Source of the DNA: the human T2T-CHM13v2.0 reference genome, Homo sapiens
DNA: 64,000 bases
Direction: 5' to 3' (one strand)
Assembly (NCBI RefSeq): GCF_009914755.1
Contig: NC_060935.1
The notes below the pieces were generated by a model. That model did no database searches and was not told the DNA's origin. It saw only the letters and a program-made list of their open reading frames with translations. Shown here piece after piece: positions 20,126 through 50,302 of this stretch; the stretch's first letter is position 1; each line of letters opens with the position of its first letter. The translations under genes and the position numbers were made by a program.

Positions 20126-21810
20126 ATGGGAGGGAAAGTGTCGAAACCAACTCCTTTGGAGTGCATGATAAAGTATTTAAAAAAAGGATTTAGAGGTGAT
20201 TATGGCATGAAACTGGATGCTCAAAAATTAAGGACGTATTGTGAGATAGATTGGCCTGCTTTCAATGTGGGGTGGCCCTCTGAAGGTACAAAAGACAGGA
20301 AATTAATTGGCCGTGTGTTTAAGGTGGTCACTGGAGTTGGAGGACAACCAGGATACCCAGACCAGTTTCCCTATATAGACTCTTGGCTCAGTGTGGCACA
20401 AACTAGCCCCAATTGTTTACAGCCCTGCCTAGAGGGATACTGCAAGGCATTAGTGGCTCGGGCACCCAACCAAAGAAAGCAGAGGAACCTAAAGCCCCTA
20501 GCATCTCCCAGGAAAAGGAATCCCTGAAGCCTCAGCCAAAACCAGTTCTTCAGGCCCCACCAGAGGAAAGAGAATGTCGGCCCCCATATGTGCCAGTCTA
20601 CCCGTCTTTGGCCAGAATAAGGCAGGAGGCAGAGTCAGGAGCATCTGGAGAGTCAGGCTTGGAGGAAAGTGAGGCTCAGTCTCCCCTGAAAGAGTAACAG
20701 AAGCCCCCGTTAGAAAAAAACAGGGAAGATGGACAGGGCGAGGCAGCTGGGCACCTCTGCTCAGGTGAACCACAGGCTTTGCAGATGCCACTTTGAGAGA
20801 CCAGGATACAAGTTTATGATGACCAGGGGCAGACACAAGGTGGCTCTAGGGTTTACGTTTATCAGCCTTTCTCCACTACTGATCTCTTAAATTGGAAACA
20901 GCACACCCCTTCCTATACAGAAAAGCCTCAGGCCCTCATTGATTTGGTGAATTCTATTATTATGACACACAACCCAACCTGGCCAGATTGTCAACAACTT
21001 TTGCTAACTTTATTTAATACAGAGGAGCATAGGAGAGTTAATCAGGCAGCTCTCAGCTGGTTAGAAGGGGAAGCCCCAGAGGCCACCCCTAACCCATGCC
21101 AGTTCACTGTGGAGCAATACCCAAATGAGGCAAGGGACATGGAATGGCTGCAGCTATATAGAAAGGCACTCCCAAATGGGAAAAAAGCAGGAGGAAGGAA
21201 GGCAATGAATATGAGTAAAATATCAGAAGTGTGCCAAAAGCCTGACAAAAGCCAAAGTGCATTCTATGAAAGGCTTTGCGAGGCATATAGGCTGTACTCT
21301 CCAATTATTCCAGAGGCTCCTGAAAACCAAAATATGATAAAAATGACCTTTGTCAGGCAAGCTCAGGGAGACATAAGATGAAACCTTCAGAAGCCGGAAG
21401 GCTTTGCAGGGAAACACATTAGTGAACTCCTGGAAATAACAAACAAAGTATACATAAACCGGGAAGAAAGGAAGAAAGAAAAACCAGAAATAGAAACAAA
21501 GAGACAGCTTGATTTATAGCTGCTGCACTAGCAGAAATTAACCCTGGATTTGCTAGAGGGCATGGCTGAGGCAGAGGCTGAGGAAGGGGGAAGACAAGAC
21601 CAGGAGAGGAAGGCCAGTCTTGGTTGGACAGGAACCAATGTGCAAGATGCAGGCAAATGGGCCACTGGAAAGATGAGTGCCCCGAAAAGGAAAAGGATGG
21701 AGATGATGGTCAATTGTCTAACACCCGATTGTGGCATTCTGTTGCTATTCATGTCTGAAAGGCAGATCCTGACCTGATTGGCTTAGGGGGCTGAGAATTT
21801 TGAGGACTGA
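20126..21810 (+). pseudogene. ERV gag (frameshifted)
   Basis: MGGKVSKPTPL... matrix (EIDWPAFNVGWPSEG), capsid HNPTWPDCQQLL, Zn knuckle CARCRQMGHWKDEC at ~21640-21681, TGA at 21808-21810. Confidence 0.88.
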
Positions 21811-25145
<3,335 letters not shown>

Positions 25146-25550
25146 AAGCCTCAGAAGGAGGAGTACATGGAAAATTTAATTTAACCAACTGTTGCCAAGA
25201 AATTGATGATAATGGCTTAGCTGTCATGGAAATCACAGCTAGAATGAACAAGTTGGTCCATGTTCCAGTTCAGATTTGGTCCAGGTGGTCCCCAGATTCC
25301 TTGTTTGGAGGATGGTTCTTAGCTTTTGGAGGATTCAAAACCCTCTGGTGGGTTCTTGCTTATTCTTGGTATCTGCCTCATCCTCCTTTGCCCTTTAACC
25401 CAGTTTGTTAGGAGTATACAGTCAACTATAGAGGCAATAGTAACCTGACACACTACTGCGCAGTTGATAGCATTAACAAAATATCAGCCGCTGCCAGTAG
25501 AAGAAGCGCAGCTCCGTGAAGAGGTGGCAAACAGTGGTGCTTTCTATTAA
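25146..25550 (+). pseudogene. ERV env transmembrane-subunit remnant
   Basis: [23 protein letters not shown] (end of the immunosuppressive domain and Cys loop, ERV3/HERV-E type), followed by a hydrophobic anchor. Confidence 0.85.
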
Positions 25551-25583
25551 CACTTTTGTTATAAAAAGCACCAAAGGAAGGAA

Positions 25584-26074
25584 TGGAACAGGAATTAAAA
25601 GAAATTAAAGAATGTGTAAGCAGAAACTCAGTTGCATGTAAGAAAACCCAATTCCCCCTGAGAAACAGAAAGAGCTGGAGTCTTTTAAAAATTAACTGCC
25701 TGTTTTTCTGTTGCTAGTGAGCCTTATCTCTCCTCCTTTCCCAAGCATTGTGAAGACCCTGTTTCTCTAGCTGTGCAGCTGCAAGGTCACTAGACAGATA
25801 AACTCAAGTTGTAAAACATGTTTTTCCTTGAAAAGTAAGAAATGATGTAATGCATGTCTCAATTAATTGAATAACTGTCTTTGTTTCTCACTTCTGTAAT
25901 ATGCTTCCCCCTGCACAGATCTCCCCCCACCCCACGAAATGTTTAAAAGGTAACTTAACTCTTTGTTCAGGGCTCAGTCCTTTGGATGTTAATTTGACTG
26001 GGCCAGTGCACCTAAATAATAAATATCCTCCTGAACCCCATCAGTCTCTCTGATTCCTTAACAATCCCACAACA
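25584..26074 (+). mobile_element. 3' LTR
   Basis: Preceded by the purine tract aaaggaaggaa; ~94% identical to the 5' LTR by hand count. Confidence 0.92.
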
Positions 26075-26808
26075 ATCTCACATCAGTTAGAATGGCAATC
26101 ATTAAAAAGTCAGGAAACAACAGATGCTGGAGAGGATGTGGACAAATAGGAACACTTTTACACTGTTGGTAAAAGTGTAAATTAGTTCAACCATTGTGGA
26201 AGACAGTGTGGTGATTCTTCAAAGATCTAGAACCAGAAATAACATTTGACCCAGCAATCCCATTATTGGGTATATACCCAAAGGATTATAAATCATTCTA
26301 CTATAAAGACACATGCACACATATGTTTATTGCAGAACTATTCACAATAGCAAAGACTTAGAACCAACCCAAATGCCCATCAGTGATAGACTGGATAAAG
26401 AAAATGTGGCACATATACACCATAGAATATTATGCAGCCATAAAAAAGGATGAGTTCATGTCCTTTGCAGGGACATGGATTAAGCTGGAAACCATCATTC
26501 TCAGCAAACTAATACAGGAACAGAAAACCAAACACCACATATTCTCACTCATAAGTGGGAGTTGAACAATGAGGACACATGGACACAGGGAGGGGAATAT
26601 CACATCCTGGGGCCTGTTGTGGGATGGGAGACTAGGGGAGGGATAGCATTAGGAGAAATACCTAATGTCAATGGTGGGTTGATGGGTGTAGCAAACCACA
26701 ATGGCACATGTATATCTGTGTAACAAACCTGCACGTTTTGCACATGTATTCCAGAACTTAGAGTATAATAAAATAAAAGTGGGCATAGGACATGGACAGA
26801 CACTTTTC

Positions 26809-27263
26809 TTTTTTTAATTTATTTTAGATTTGGGGCACATGTGAACGTTTGTTACACAAGTAAACATGTATTATGGAAGTTTGTTGTACATATTTTTTCA
26901 TCACCCAGGTATTAATCCCAGTACCCATAGTTATCTTTTCTGCTTCTCTCTCTCTTTCCAAACTCCCCTCTCAAGTGGACCCCAGTGTTTATTGTTTTCT
27001 TCTTTGTGTTCATAAGTTCTAATCATTTAGCTCCCATTTATAAGTGAAACCATGTATTTGGTTTCGTGTTCTTGTATTAGTTTGCTAAGGATGATACCCT
27101 CCAGCTCCATCCATGTTCCTGCAAAAGACATACTCTCATTCTTTTTTATGGCTGCATAATCATGGTGTGTAAGTACCACATTTTCATTAATCTGTCATTG
27201 ATGGGCATTCAGGTTGATTCCATGTTTTTGTTATTGTTGATAGAGCTGTAATGAACATTTGCA
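26809..27263 (-). mobile_element. Short 5'-truncated old L1PA (L1PA15/16-like) 3' end
   Basis: PolyT followed by reversed L1 3'UTR; imperfect TSD acacttttc/acagttttc. Confidence 0.75.
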
Positions 27264-28044
27264 ACAGTTTTCAAAAGAAGACACACATATGACCGACTAT
27301 TATGAAAAAATGCTCAATATCACTGGTCATTAGAGAAATGCAAATCAAACCACAATGAGATGCCATCTCACACTAATCAGAATGGCTATTAATAACAAGT
27401 CAAAAAGTAACAGATGCTGGCTAGGTTGCGGAGAAAAAGGAATGCTTTTACACTGTTGGTGGGAGTGTAAATTCATTCGACCATTGTGGAATACAGTGTG
27501 GTGATTCCTCAAAGACCTAAAGAAAGAAATACCTTTCAACCCAGTAGTCCCATTACTGGGTATATACCCAAAGGACTAGAAACTCTTCTGCTATAAAGAC
27601 ATATGCACACGTATGTTCATGGCAGCACTATTCACAATAACAAATACATGGAATCAACCTAAATGCCCATCAGTGATAGACTGGACCAAGAAAATTGGTA
27701 CATATATACACCATGGAATACTATGCAGCCATAAAAAAGAACAAGATTGTGTCCTTTGCAGGGACATGGATGGAGCTGAAGGCCATTATACTTAGCAAAC
27801 TAAATGCTGGAACAGAAAACCAAATACCACATGTTCCCATTTATAAGTGGGAGCTAAAGGTGGGAGGAGGGAGAGGATCAGGAAAAATTACAAACGGGTA
27901 TTAGGCTTAATACCTAGGTGATAAAATAATCTGTACAACGAATCCTCATTATGCAAGTTTGCCTATGTAACAAGCCTGCACATGTACCCCTGAACTTAAA
28001 ATAAAAGTTAAAAAAGATTTTCTTATAAAAAAAAGTGGTATGGA

Positions 28045-28185
28045 TAAATTTAAATTTCTAATGAGCAGCAATGATTTTTTTAGTATAAGCATGTCCCATG
28101 AGATATTTTGGATATCATTACACTAAAAATTATTTGTTCTTTATCTGAAATTTGAATTAAATGGAACCTCCTATGTTTTATTCAG
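28045..28185. mobile_element. MER33-like hAT DNA transposon remnant
   Basis: Imperfect palindrome ...ttttagtataagcatgtcccat...tacactaaaaattatttgttctttatctgaaattt resembling MER33. Confidence 0.55.
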
Positions 28186-28502
28186 TTAAATAAAATACTG
28201 AATATTTGGGTGAAATAAAATTTCCTATGAACAGTGAATAATTTTGAGTTTTATTGCATCCCTTGCAATATTTGGATATTTTTCAGAAGTATTTGTTGAT
28301 TATCTTATATTCAAATTTAATTAACTGTCCTTAATTTCATCAGGAAACCCTTTGTGTTTTGCTTCTTGAATTGCATATTTAGCACAGATTAGGAGAATGT
28401 ACTCAAGGCTAGATAGAGGATCAAATGGAATTCATGTCCTCATTCCATGTACATCTGCATTCAAGGATGTCATATGGCAAAAGAAGAATGCAAGCTCAAT
28501 AC

Positions 28503-28671
28503 CTTGAGAACAGAAAGAAGACAAAGCATGGTGCAGACATCACCAACTGGAGGATGCACTGGTCTCGAATGACAAAAGCCAGGCTTCCCAGGGTTATATG
28601 TCCAATACTAGCAGCACAAAGTGTCAATGTCAATGCCATGGCACAGAATTGGTGAGTTATCCACTCTACAA
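28503..28671 (-). CDS. SLC22A25: SLC22A25 coding exon 4 (169 nt; VEWITHQFCAMAL...VFFLFSR)
   Basis: Acceptor ttctttcag| and donor |gtattg; frame continuous with exon 3; SLC22 transmembrane helices. Confidence 0.92.
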
Positions 28672-28769
28672 CTGAAAGAAAACACAAACAAGATTTAGCT
28701 TTAAATACAGGTGGAGCTTCAATGTCAAAGCCAAGGCTTGGAAAATGTGGATCGAAAATATTGACTTAC

Positions 28770-28924
28770 TTAACAAAACAGTATTTACAATGATGCTAAA
28801 TGTAGCAGCCCCAGCCAAGAAGCGCAGGGAGCAGTATACGAGGATGGTGGGAGCAAAGGCCGCACAGGTGCCTACAATGGCGAGCTGGAGGTAAGACCAT
28901 CTGAGCACGAACTTTCTCCCAAAC
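28770..28924 (-). CDS. SLC22A25: SLC22A25 coding exon 3 (155 nt; FGRKFVLRW...NTVLL)
   Basis: Acceptor tttctcag| and donor |gtaagt; completes the MFS motif D-R-F-G-R-K with exon 2. Confidence 0.93.
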
Positions 28925-29230
28925 CTGAGAAACAGGGGCACATTAGATAATGGGAACAATAACAACCTTTGGGAAATGTTAGCAAAGGGAAAGCACACTT
29001 TGAAACTTAAAGGATGTTTAACAAGTGAAACTTTACACTTAAAACGTTAAAGAATCAACAGTTAATCAATGGCAGGTCTTCTCAGAAGGAATGTTCTCTG
29101 TTTGTAAATAGATACTGAGTGTATAAAAGTTTCTTCTCCAATCTGTTGCCAGTAGATCATTGATACAAATTCAAAACATGTAAGACAGGCTGGGATGTTG
29201 AAATGTTAACACACCAGAAATGTCCCTTGT

Positions 29231-29710
29231 GAAGACAAATTGTTCTACCAAAAAGATACACGCACTCACATGTTCATTGAAGCACTATTCACAGTAGCAA
29301 AGGCATGGAATAACCTCAATGCCCACCAATGGTAGACTGGAATACTATGTAGCCACAAAAAAGAATGAAATCATGTCTTCTGCAGCAACATGGATGCAGA
29401 TGGAGGCCATTTTCCTAAGTGAATTAATGTAGGAACAGAAAACCAAACATTACAATGTCCTCAACTTATAAGGGGGAGCTAAACGTTAAGTACACAGGGA
29501 CATAAAGAAGGGAACAATAGATGCTGGGGACTACAAGAGTTGGCAGGGAGGGAGGGGAAAAGGGTTTGAGAAACTACCAATTGGGTACTATGCTAACTAC
29601 CTGGGTGATGGGTTCATTCATACCCCTAGCCTCAGCATCATGCAATATATTCATGTAACAAACCTGCACATGCACACCTTGAATCTAAAATAAAAGTTGA
29701 AATTAAAAAA
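29231..29710 (+). mobile_element. 5'-truncated L1PB-like 3' end
   Basis: L1 ORF2 end and 3'UTR with A-tail; degraded TSD agaaatgtcccttgt/agaaatatctcctgt. Confidence 0.8.
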
Positions 29711-30049
29711 AGAGAAATATCTCCTGTATTAACATACAGTGCACCATGAACACAAGTTCTCTCCTATGTACTTTAGCACACTAGAGAGTCTGTATAGTGG
29801 CTGGGAGGCAAGAGATCTAATTCTATACATGAAATTCTAGGACTGTGCAGGCCATAGGTAAATGGATGTGAAAGGAACATCCATGAAACAATACATCAGA
29901 GTGGGTTAAGATTTTCAGGGGAGGGTTAAAAAAATAAAAAGGAAATTCTGTGTTTTATTATTTTCTGGGAAAGAGGACCTCTCTGTAGACAACTTGGACA
30001 ATGTGGCATGTGGTGAGGCAGAATTTCAGCTCTTGCCAATTGTCATTTG

Positions 30050-30790
30050 TTACTGTATTGAAGGTCCTAGCTACTGCCAGAAAGATAATAAAAAGCAAAA
30101 GATAGAAAAATAATTGTTCTACCAAAAACACACATGCACTCACATGTTCTTGCAGATGGCATGATTTTGTAGTGGAAAATTTTAGGGAATCCACAAAATG
30201 CTACTAGAACTAATTATCAAGTTGGAAGGATGTAAGCTTAATATAGAAAAAGACAATTACCTTCATATATAGTAGCTATGACTAATTAGAAATTAAAATT
30301 GTGATGAACAACTTTATGGCCTCAAAAACTAAGTTAATTAGAATAAATTTAATGGAAAAATGCATGACTTTTTTCTATAAACCATAAAATATTGCAAAGG
30401 GAATTTAAGAAAATATAAATTAATGGAGAGTGTTATTACATTCACAGCCTATAAAATTCAATATTTTAAAATGGCAATTTTACCAACTGCTATATAGATT
30501 TAATGCAATCCCAATGAAATCCTAAAGAGAATCACCTTTCTGACTCCCAACACCATCGTTGCTTTTCTTTGACGTTTACATAAGTGAAGTGGTATCGTGT
30601 GCAATCATTTTTGGTTGTTCTTGTGGCAAACAAAATGATTTTGGTATTCATCCATGTTATGGTACAGAGTAAGTTCTTCATTCCTTTTTCTGTATAAAAA
30701 TCCACTATGTGAATATCCTGCATCTTATTTATTCATTCTATTATTAATGAAATTCTACAGTATTTCTAGTTTGGGGATATCATGAACAGT
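30050..30790. mobile_element. Ancient L1M fragments (ORF2 on +, 3'UTR-like on -)
   Basis: Degenerate tgcagatggcatgatt (ADDMI-like) and tatagatttaatgcaatcccaat motifs. Confidence 0.6.
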
Positions 30791-31654
30791 TGAGTGTGTT
30801 ATATCCAAAGTATCAATTTGATCATGGCTGTCTCTGCATATGATCAATTAATATTTCCCCCCAGGTTTGTGATAAAGCTCCAAATCCTTAGATTACCTTG
30901 CCCCGTCAACTTCAGCTGGTTCTCCACTGTCATCTCCTGCCTGGTACCACTACCTTATCTTGCACCACCCTATGATCCATTAAAATTGGTTTATCTGCAT
31001 TTTCTCATGGCACTGTCCCAGAGAGCTGGGTTACTGGACTGTTGGAAATCAACCCTCTGACTCTCAACTCTTTTAAGTGTTACTTTTACTGTCATACATT
31101 CAGGGTTTCAGGAGAGATACCAGAAGACGTGATGCTGGTGGATGGCAATGGGCACCTCAAGTCCCTCGTCACAATCAGTGGAGACATGGTTGGGCGATGA
31201 TAATGGTTTCCTGCCATTTCAGAAGACATACGGTAAGTTAGAGGGTACCCCAAACTTCTCATGTCACAGACTGTGACAATATTGTCCTTAGATTACTTAC
31301 CTTTTGTTGTAAGGTAGAGGTTGTAATACCTCTAAAAAGCTGTTTTTGCAAAGACAAAAAAAATCAAGAATCCAGGCATGATTTCTCAGGACACCATCAA
31401 TGACACCTTGAAATGTACCCTGCAGATTTTAGAAAAATGTCTGCCCCATCACACTTGGAACTATGATCTAATGATCATGCTCCAGGCACAAGCCATCAGC
31501 ACACAATGTCCAGGAGGGACTGCACATGGTACCCCTTGCTGAGGCTGAATTCCATGTCGTGAAACATGTTCCTTTCTGTTCCCATAGATAACTCTGTTTC
31601 ATCTTTCTAAACCAAATGTTGTGGCACTTTCTTTCCAAACTCTGTCTTTGGAAA

Positions 31655-39390
<7,736 letters not shown>

Positions 39391-39647
39391 CTGGGATTTA
39401 TCCAAACCCTATTTTGAAACACCCCCAGGTCAGATGGAGATGAAATTTCTGTGTCTTGTGCACAGCACACACATTTTAAAAAATAGCACTCACCACACTC
39501 ACCATAATTTTCCTTTTGTGTCTACAAATCCCTGGGGACCAAGGGAGCAACAGGATAGTGTGATTTCCAAAAATATTTCTAGATGAAAAATGTTTCATGA
39601 ATTGATGAAAATACCCTTGAAGAGAGCTATGCTCCATAGACACTCAC

Positions 39648-39751
39648 CTGTCTGACAAATGGCCATATAGGTTGCCTCCCACCATCATTCCAGCCATGAA
39701 TAGAAATTTAGCTACTGAATTCAGTGGTTGAGATTCGCATACCAGATCCCA
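39648..39751 (-). CDS. SLC22A25: SLC22A25 coding exon 2 (104 nt; [34 protein letters not shown])
   Basis: Acceptor ttcttccag| and donor |gtgagt; SLC22 signature WDLVC. Too short to appear in the ORF track. Confidence 0.93.
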
Positions 39752-40437
39752 CTGGAAGAAAAGGAAACCCTCATATCAATGCTTATAGCCCCTCAGTGTA
39801 ACCTTATCAAAATGTCTTAAAATAGCCTGCAAGTTTCATTCTATCTTCCTCCCTAGCTTCCCTTTTCTGCATTACCTGATATTCACTGTTCAGGTCTCAA
39901 CTTAAGCACAACTTTCTCTTGGAAGCTATTCCTAAACTTTTAGATATTATTAGTGCCCAGTTTTATTCCATACTAAATGGTTCTCAACCTTGGCCACACA
40001 GTGAAATCATTTGAGAACCTTTAAATATTTTTGGTTGCCTAAATTTCACCCCTAGACTTTCTCATATGATTGTTGTAAGATATAGTCTGGACTTGGAGGT
40101 TTTCAGTGATTTCCCAGAGGTTTATAATTTTCAACCACAGGCTGAGCATTCTTTACTTAGCAGAACATTTTTTAACACATTATTCATAAATGCTTGCTTA
40201 AATTTTGGTTTTACTAAGGATAAAAGCACTATGATAGCAGGGTCACATCTACTTTTGAATTCATTAGACTCATTAAATGTGCAGGTATCTGGCATTCAGT
40301 AGAGAAGCAATTAATGTTTCCTGAAAGAATGAAGAATAAGCACCTACATGTGACTAAAGGCTGGAAGCACAATCATTTCTTGTGTTATTCTAAACAGCCA
40401 GGTCATGTACACAAGAGAGGAAAATGAGGCCTCTTAC

Positions 40438-40839
40438 CTTAGTCACAATGGTGGAAGGGAAGGAGCTTTGGTCATATACCCAGCCATCCACACAGGGCTC
40501 TGTATCTGGCTCACTCGTGTTGGGGAAGGTCCCATTCAGATGAATGAGCTTCCACTGGGGATGGACAAAGCGACGACACTTCTCTGGCCTCAGATTTGAG
40601 TCGAATGGGATGGAGATTCTCAGGAGGGCATCCTGGCTGAGGGTCCCAGGGTCATTGTCAGGGATAGTGTCATTGTCCAGTATATGAACCCAGCAGCGAT
40701 GATCAAGTATGAATGCTGCGAAGTTCTCCAGCTGAGTTTGATGGTATACTATGACGTTGAACATTATAAGGAAAACCATCTGAAGGATCTGGAATCTCCC
40801 CAGGCCTCCAACTTGATCTAGGAGGTCCTGAAAGGCCAT
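40438..40839 (-). CDS. SLC22A25: SLC22A25 first coding exon (402 nt; [20 protein letters not shown]...STIVTK)
   Basis: ATG at 40839 and donor AAG|gtaaga. TM1 plus Cys-rich extracellular loop of the OAT/UST family; peptide recognised as SLC22A25. Confidence 0.93.
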
Positions 40840-41165
40840 TGAGGCTGGACAAGTGATCCCCAAGAGGAGACAAAATGACTGTATCCAGATAAGTTCAAAG
40901 AGAAAATATTTCCTTTCCTTAAATCACACTAAGTGTGTGTGTTGATCCTGACCCCACTCTCTTCTTAATGGGCCCTCTCTCCCATCTGCAGCAGGGTCAC
41001 GGAAGCAATTTCCTCAAGTAGTTTTGGGGTCAGGTAGGTATCTGTTTTCTTTAGGGTCACATAAGAAATAATTGGCTCAGATACTTCCAACCATTTTCAA
41101 TGAAATGTGTTTAAACATTAGACATCTACTTATTGATGTCTTTAGTAGCTCCCCAATAGCAGCAT

Positions 41166-41197
41166 TGAACTTTGGTCTGCACATTTTTTTGTAAACA
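41166..41197. promoter_or_regulatory. Candidate hepatocyte module: HNF4-type DR1 plus FOXA site
   Basis: TGAACTTTGGTCT (41166-41178) and TGTAAACA (41190-41197), ~330-360 bp upstream of the ATG. Motif match only. Confidence 0.5.
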
Positions 41198-41833
41198 AAC
41201 TAAAATAAATCTGCTACTTGGTATGCAGTCTTTCCAGAACGTGTAATCTGTGGGACTCAAAGGCAAAGTGCTTTTTCTTTTCTCTGTGAAAAGAACAGAA
41301 AGCAAATGTCTTTCTTGTTAAGTACCAATTTTTGATTAAGGATTAATAAACACAATCTGAGTTGAATTAAAATGAGTAATATGGTGCAAACCTTCCATTT
41401 TGTTGACTGATGTTCTGCTTCATGCCAAAGCATACCACAAACTCACACTGGAAGTAAATTACTTCAAATGTGGGGAGAGTGGGTAGTGATAAGAACCAGA
41501 GTAGTAAGCCAGTGCTAAGCTCATATGGAGGTTTACTTTTACTGGCTTATTGATTCTTTCAGATATTATTTGTGGGGACATTTTCTGTGTCAGTATCTTG
41601 AATAATGTGTACAACCAGGTTCAAAAATCTTGCAGTTCAGTGAGTAAGATAGAGTACATAAACAATTGTAATCTGATATTGTAAATATTATGTGAGACGC
41701 ACAATGTGCTATGGAAGAATTGCAGACAAAATATAGGAGAAAATTGCACCTTGATTAGGACTAAAATTCTTTAAAATGTATACCTCATTGAGGTATAATT
41801 CATTTACCATACAGTTCACCCTTTTAAAAAAAA

Positions 41834-47992
<6,159 letters not shown>

Positions 47993-48196
47993 TTCTTCTT
48001 TTTATTAACTATATGCATCTCTGTTTCTTCACACTTAGCTTACCTAATGCTTTCATCTTCTAACTATCTACCGGTTCCCCTGTCTGGGCTGTGGCTCCCT
48101 TGTATCCAGCATAGAACACTGTTCTCCATATCTTCATTTTCAAACAGGCTGAATTCCATGTCATGAAATATCTGTCTTTCAGTTCTCATAGGTAAC

Positions 48197-48810
48197 TTCT
48201 ATGGTTTCAATGTCTGTTCCTAAACTCATGTTGAAATTTAATTGCTATTGTGATTGTATTAAGAGGTGGTGCAGGAACAGAAAACCAAATATTGCATGTT
48301 CTTACTTGTAAGTCGGAGCTAAACATTGAGCACACATGGACATAAACATGGGAACAATAGACACTGTGGACTACTAGAGGGAGGAAGGAGGGAGGAAAGG
48401 TATAGGTTGAAAAAACCCCACTGTTGGGTACTGTGCTCACTGCCTGGGTATAATATACCCATAACAAACCTGCACATATACCCTCTGTATATAAAATATA
48501 AGTTGAAATAAAAAAAGAGACGAGACCTTTAAGAGGTGAATAGGTTCATGTGGATATCGCGGAGGTGGGTTATTGCAGGAGGGGATCCTGATGATAGGAT
48601 GAAATCCAGCCCCCATTCTCTGTCTTGTGACCTTGCTTGCCCTTCCACCTTCTGCTGTGAGATGATACAGCACAAAGTTACTCATCAGATGCTGATGCCA
48701 AACTCTTGGACTTCCAAGCCTCCATAAACATGAACCAAATAAACTTCTATTGTGAATAAATTACCTATCCTGTGACCTTCTGTTATAGCAGCAGAACATG
48801 GACTAAGACA
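48197..48810 (+). mobile_element. MaLR LTR (MST-like) with a nested L1 3' fragment (~48270-48516)
   Basis: Termini ttctatggttt...ggactaagaca; 5-bp TSD GTAAC at 48192-48196 and 48811-48815. Confidence 0.82.
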
Positions 48811-49099
48811 GTAACTGTTCTCATATTTCTAAATCACATGTTGTGGCACCAGATTTCCAAACCCTGACCTGTCAGGCTTAATGGAGATGTCATTTCTGTG
48901 TCTTGTACACAACACTCAGTGCTGACAGGATAGCCCTCACCACACAGATTGTAGTACTCCATTTGTGTTTCTAGATCCCTGAAGACCAAGGTAGCCCCAG
49001 GACAGTGTGATTTGCAATAAATATTTCTCAATGAATAAATATTTAATCAGTGGATGGAAATACTCACTAGTATAGTGATCTTTGAACAGAGATGCTCAT

Positions 49100-49199
49100 C
49101 TGTCTGATAAATGGCCATATTGGATGCCTTTCACCACCACTCCATGAATAAGAATGTAGCCACTAAATTCAGTGACTGAGATCCACATACCAGGTCCCA
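49100..49199 (-). pseudogene. Pseudo-exon 2 of the SLC22 duplicate (WDLVCGSQSLNLVATF...)
   Basis: Acceptor ttcttctag intact, 4 nt shorter than the functional exon, ancestral donor mutated GT>AT (GACAG|atgagc). Confidence 0.85.
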
Positions 49200-49903
49200 C
49201 TAGAAGAAATAAAAACCAGCATCGTAGAGTTTTATAGCAACTTAAAACGCCTCAGAGGAACCTGATCAAAACTCCTGAACATGACCTGAATGTTTCATTA
49301 CAGCAGGCCTCTATCTTCCTCTGTAGCCTCCCTTTTCTTTACTATTTGACCTTTATCATTCAGGTCTCAGCTTCAACAACTTTCTCTAGGAAGCTGCCTC
49401 TAAAACTGTAGGTTATATTAACAACCACTTTTGCTCCATACTAAGTGTGGTTCTCAAATTTTGCCATAGAGTGCAATCATTTGTGAACCTTAAAAAATTT
49501 AATGATTCGTGATTATCACTGCAGACCTTCTCCTATGACCACTCTGGGTGTACAGTCTGGGCATGGGGGTTTTGATCAACCTCCCAGTATTTTTAATTGC
49601 AACCACAGGCTGAGCCTTACTGATTCGGCATACAATTTATAACAAAATACATGAAATACTTGCCTAAACTTTGGTCTTCCCAAGAATGAAAGCACTATGA
49701 TAGCAGTGTACATGTCTACTTTTGAAATCACTAGACTTATAAAATGCATAGGGGTCTGGTATTTAACAGAGAAGCAATTAATATTTGCTGAAAGAATGAA
49801 GAATAAGCACCTACATGTGACAAAATGCTGGTAGCATGTTAATTACTTGTGTTATTTGTAAACACTGTAGTTGTGTATGTAGGAGGAAATTGGGGCCTCT
49901 TAC

Positions 49904-50302
49904 CCAGTCACGATGGTGGAGAGGAAGGAGCTTCTGTTGTACACCCTGCTGTCCACACACGGTTCCATGTCTGGTTCATTCATATTGAGGAATGTCCCAT
50001 TCAGGTGAAGGAGCTGCCACTGGGGATGGATGAAGTGACAACGTTTCTGTGGCCTCAGGTTTGAGTCCAGTGAGATAGAGATTCTCAGGAGGGCATCTTG
50101 GCTGAGGATCACAGTTTCTTCGTCCAAGACGATGACATTGTCTATGATGTGCACCTAGCAGTGGTGACCAGGATGAATGCAGTGAAATTCTCCATACAAC
50201 ACGAGGGCAAACTATAAAGGTGGAGATGATAAGAAAAACCATCTGAAGGATCTGAAATCTCCCCAAGCCACCAACTTGATCCAAGAAGTCCTGAAATACC
50301 AT
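49904..50302 (-). pseudogene. Pseudo-exon 1 of the SLC22 duplicate ([20 protein letters not shown]...)
   Basis: SLC22 homology is split over three frames (ORFs 49976..50302, 50142..50336, 49900..50154). Donor |gtaaga retained at 49903. Confidence 0.9.

Noticed and set aside
40840-40863. N-terminal extension MGITCPAS in the ORF track
   Set aside because: It starts at a non-ATG codon. The family-conserved start is MAFQDLL at 40839, and the ORF's tail after 40438 is intron read-through.
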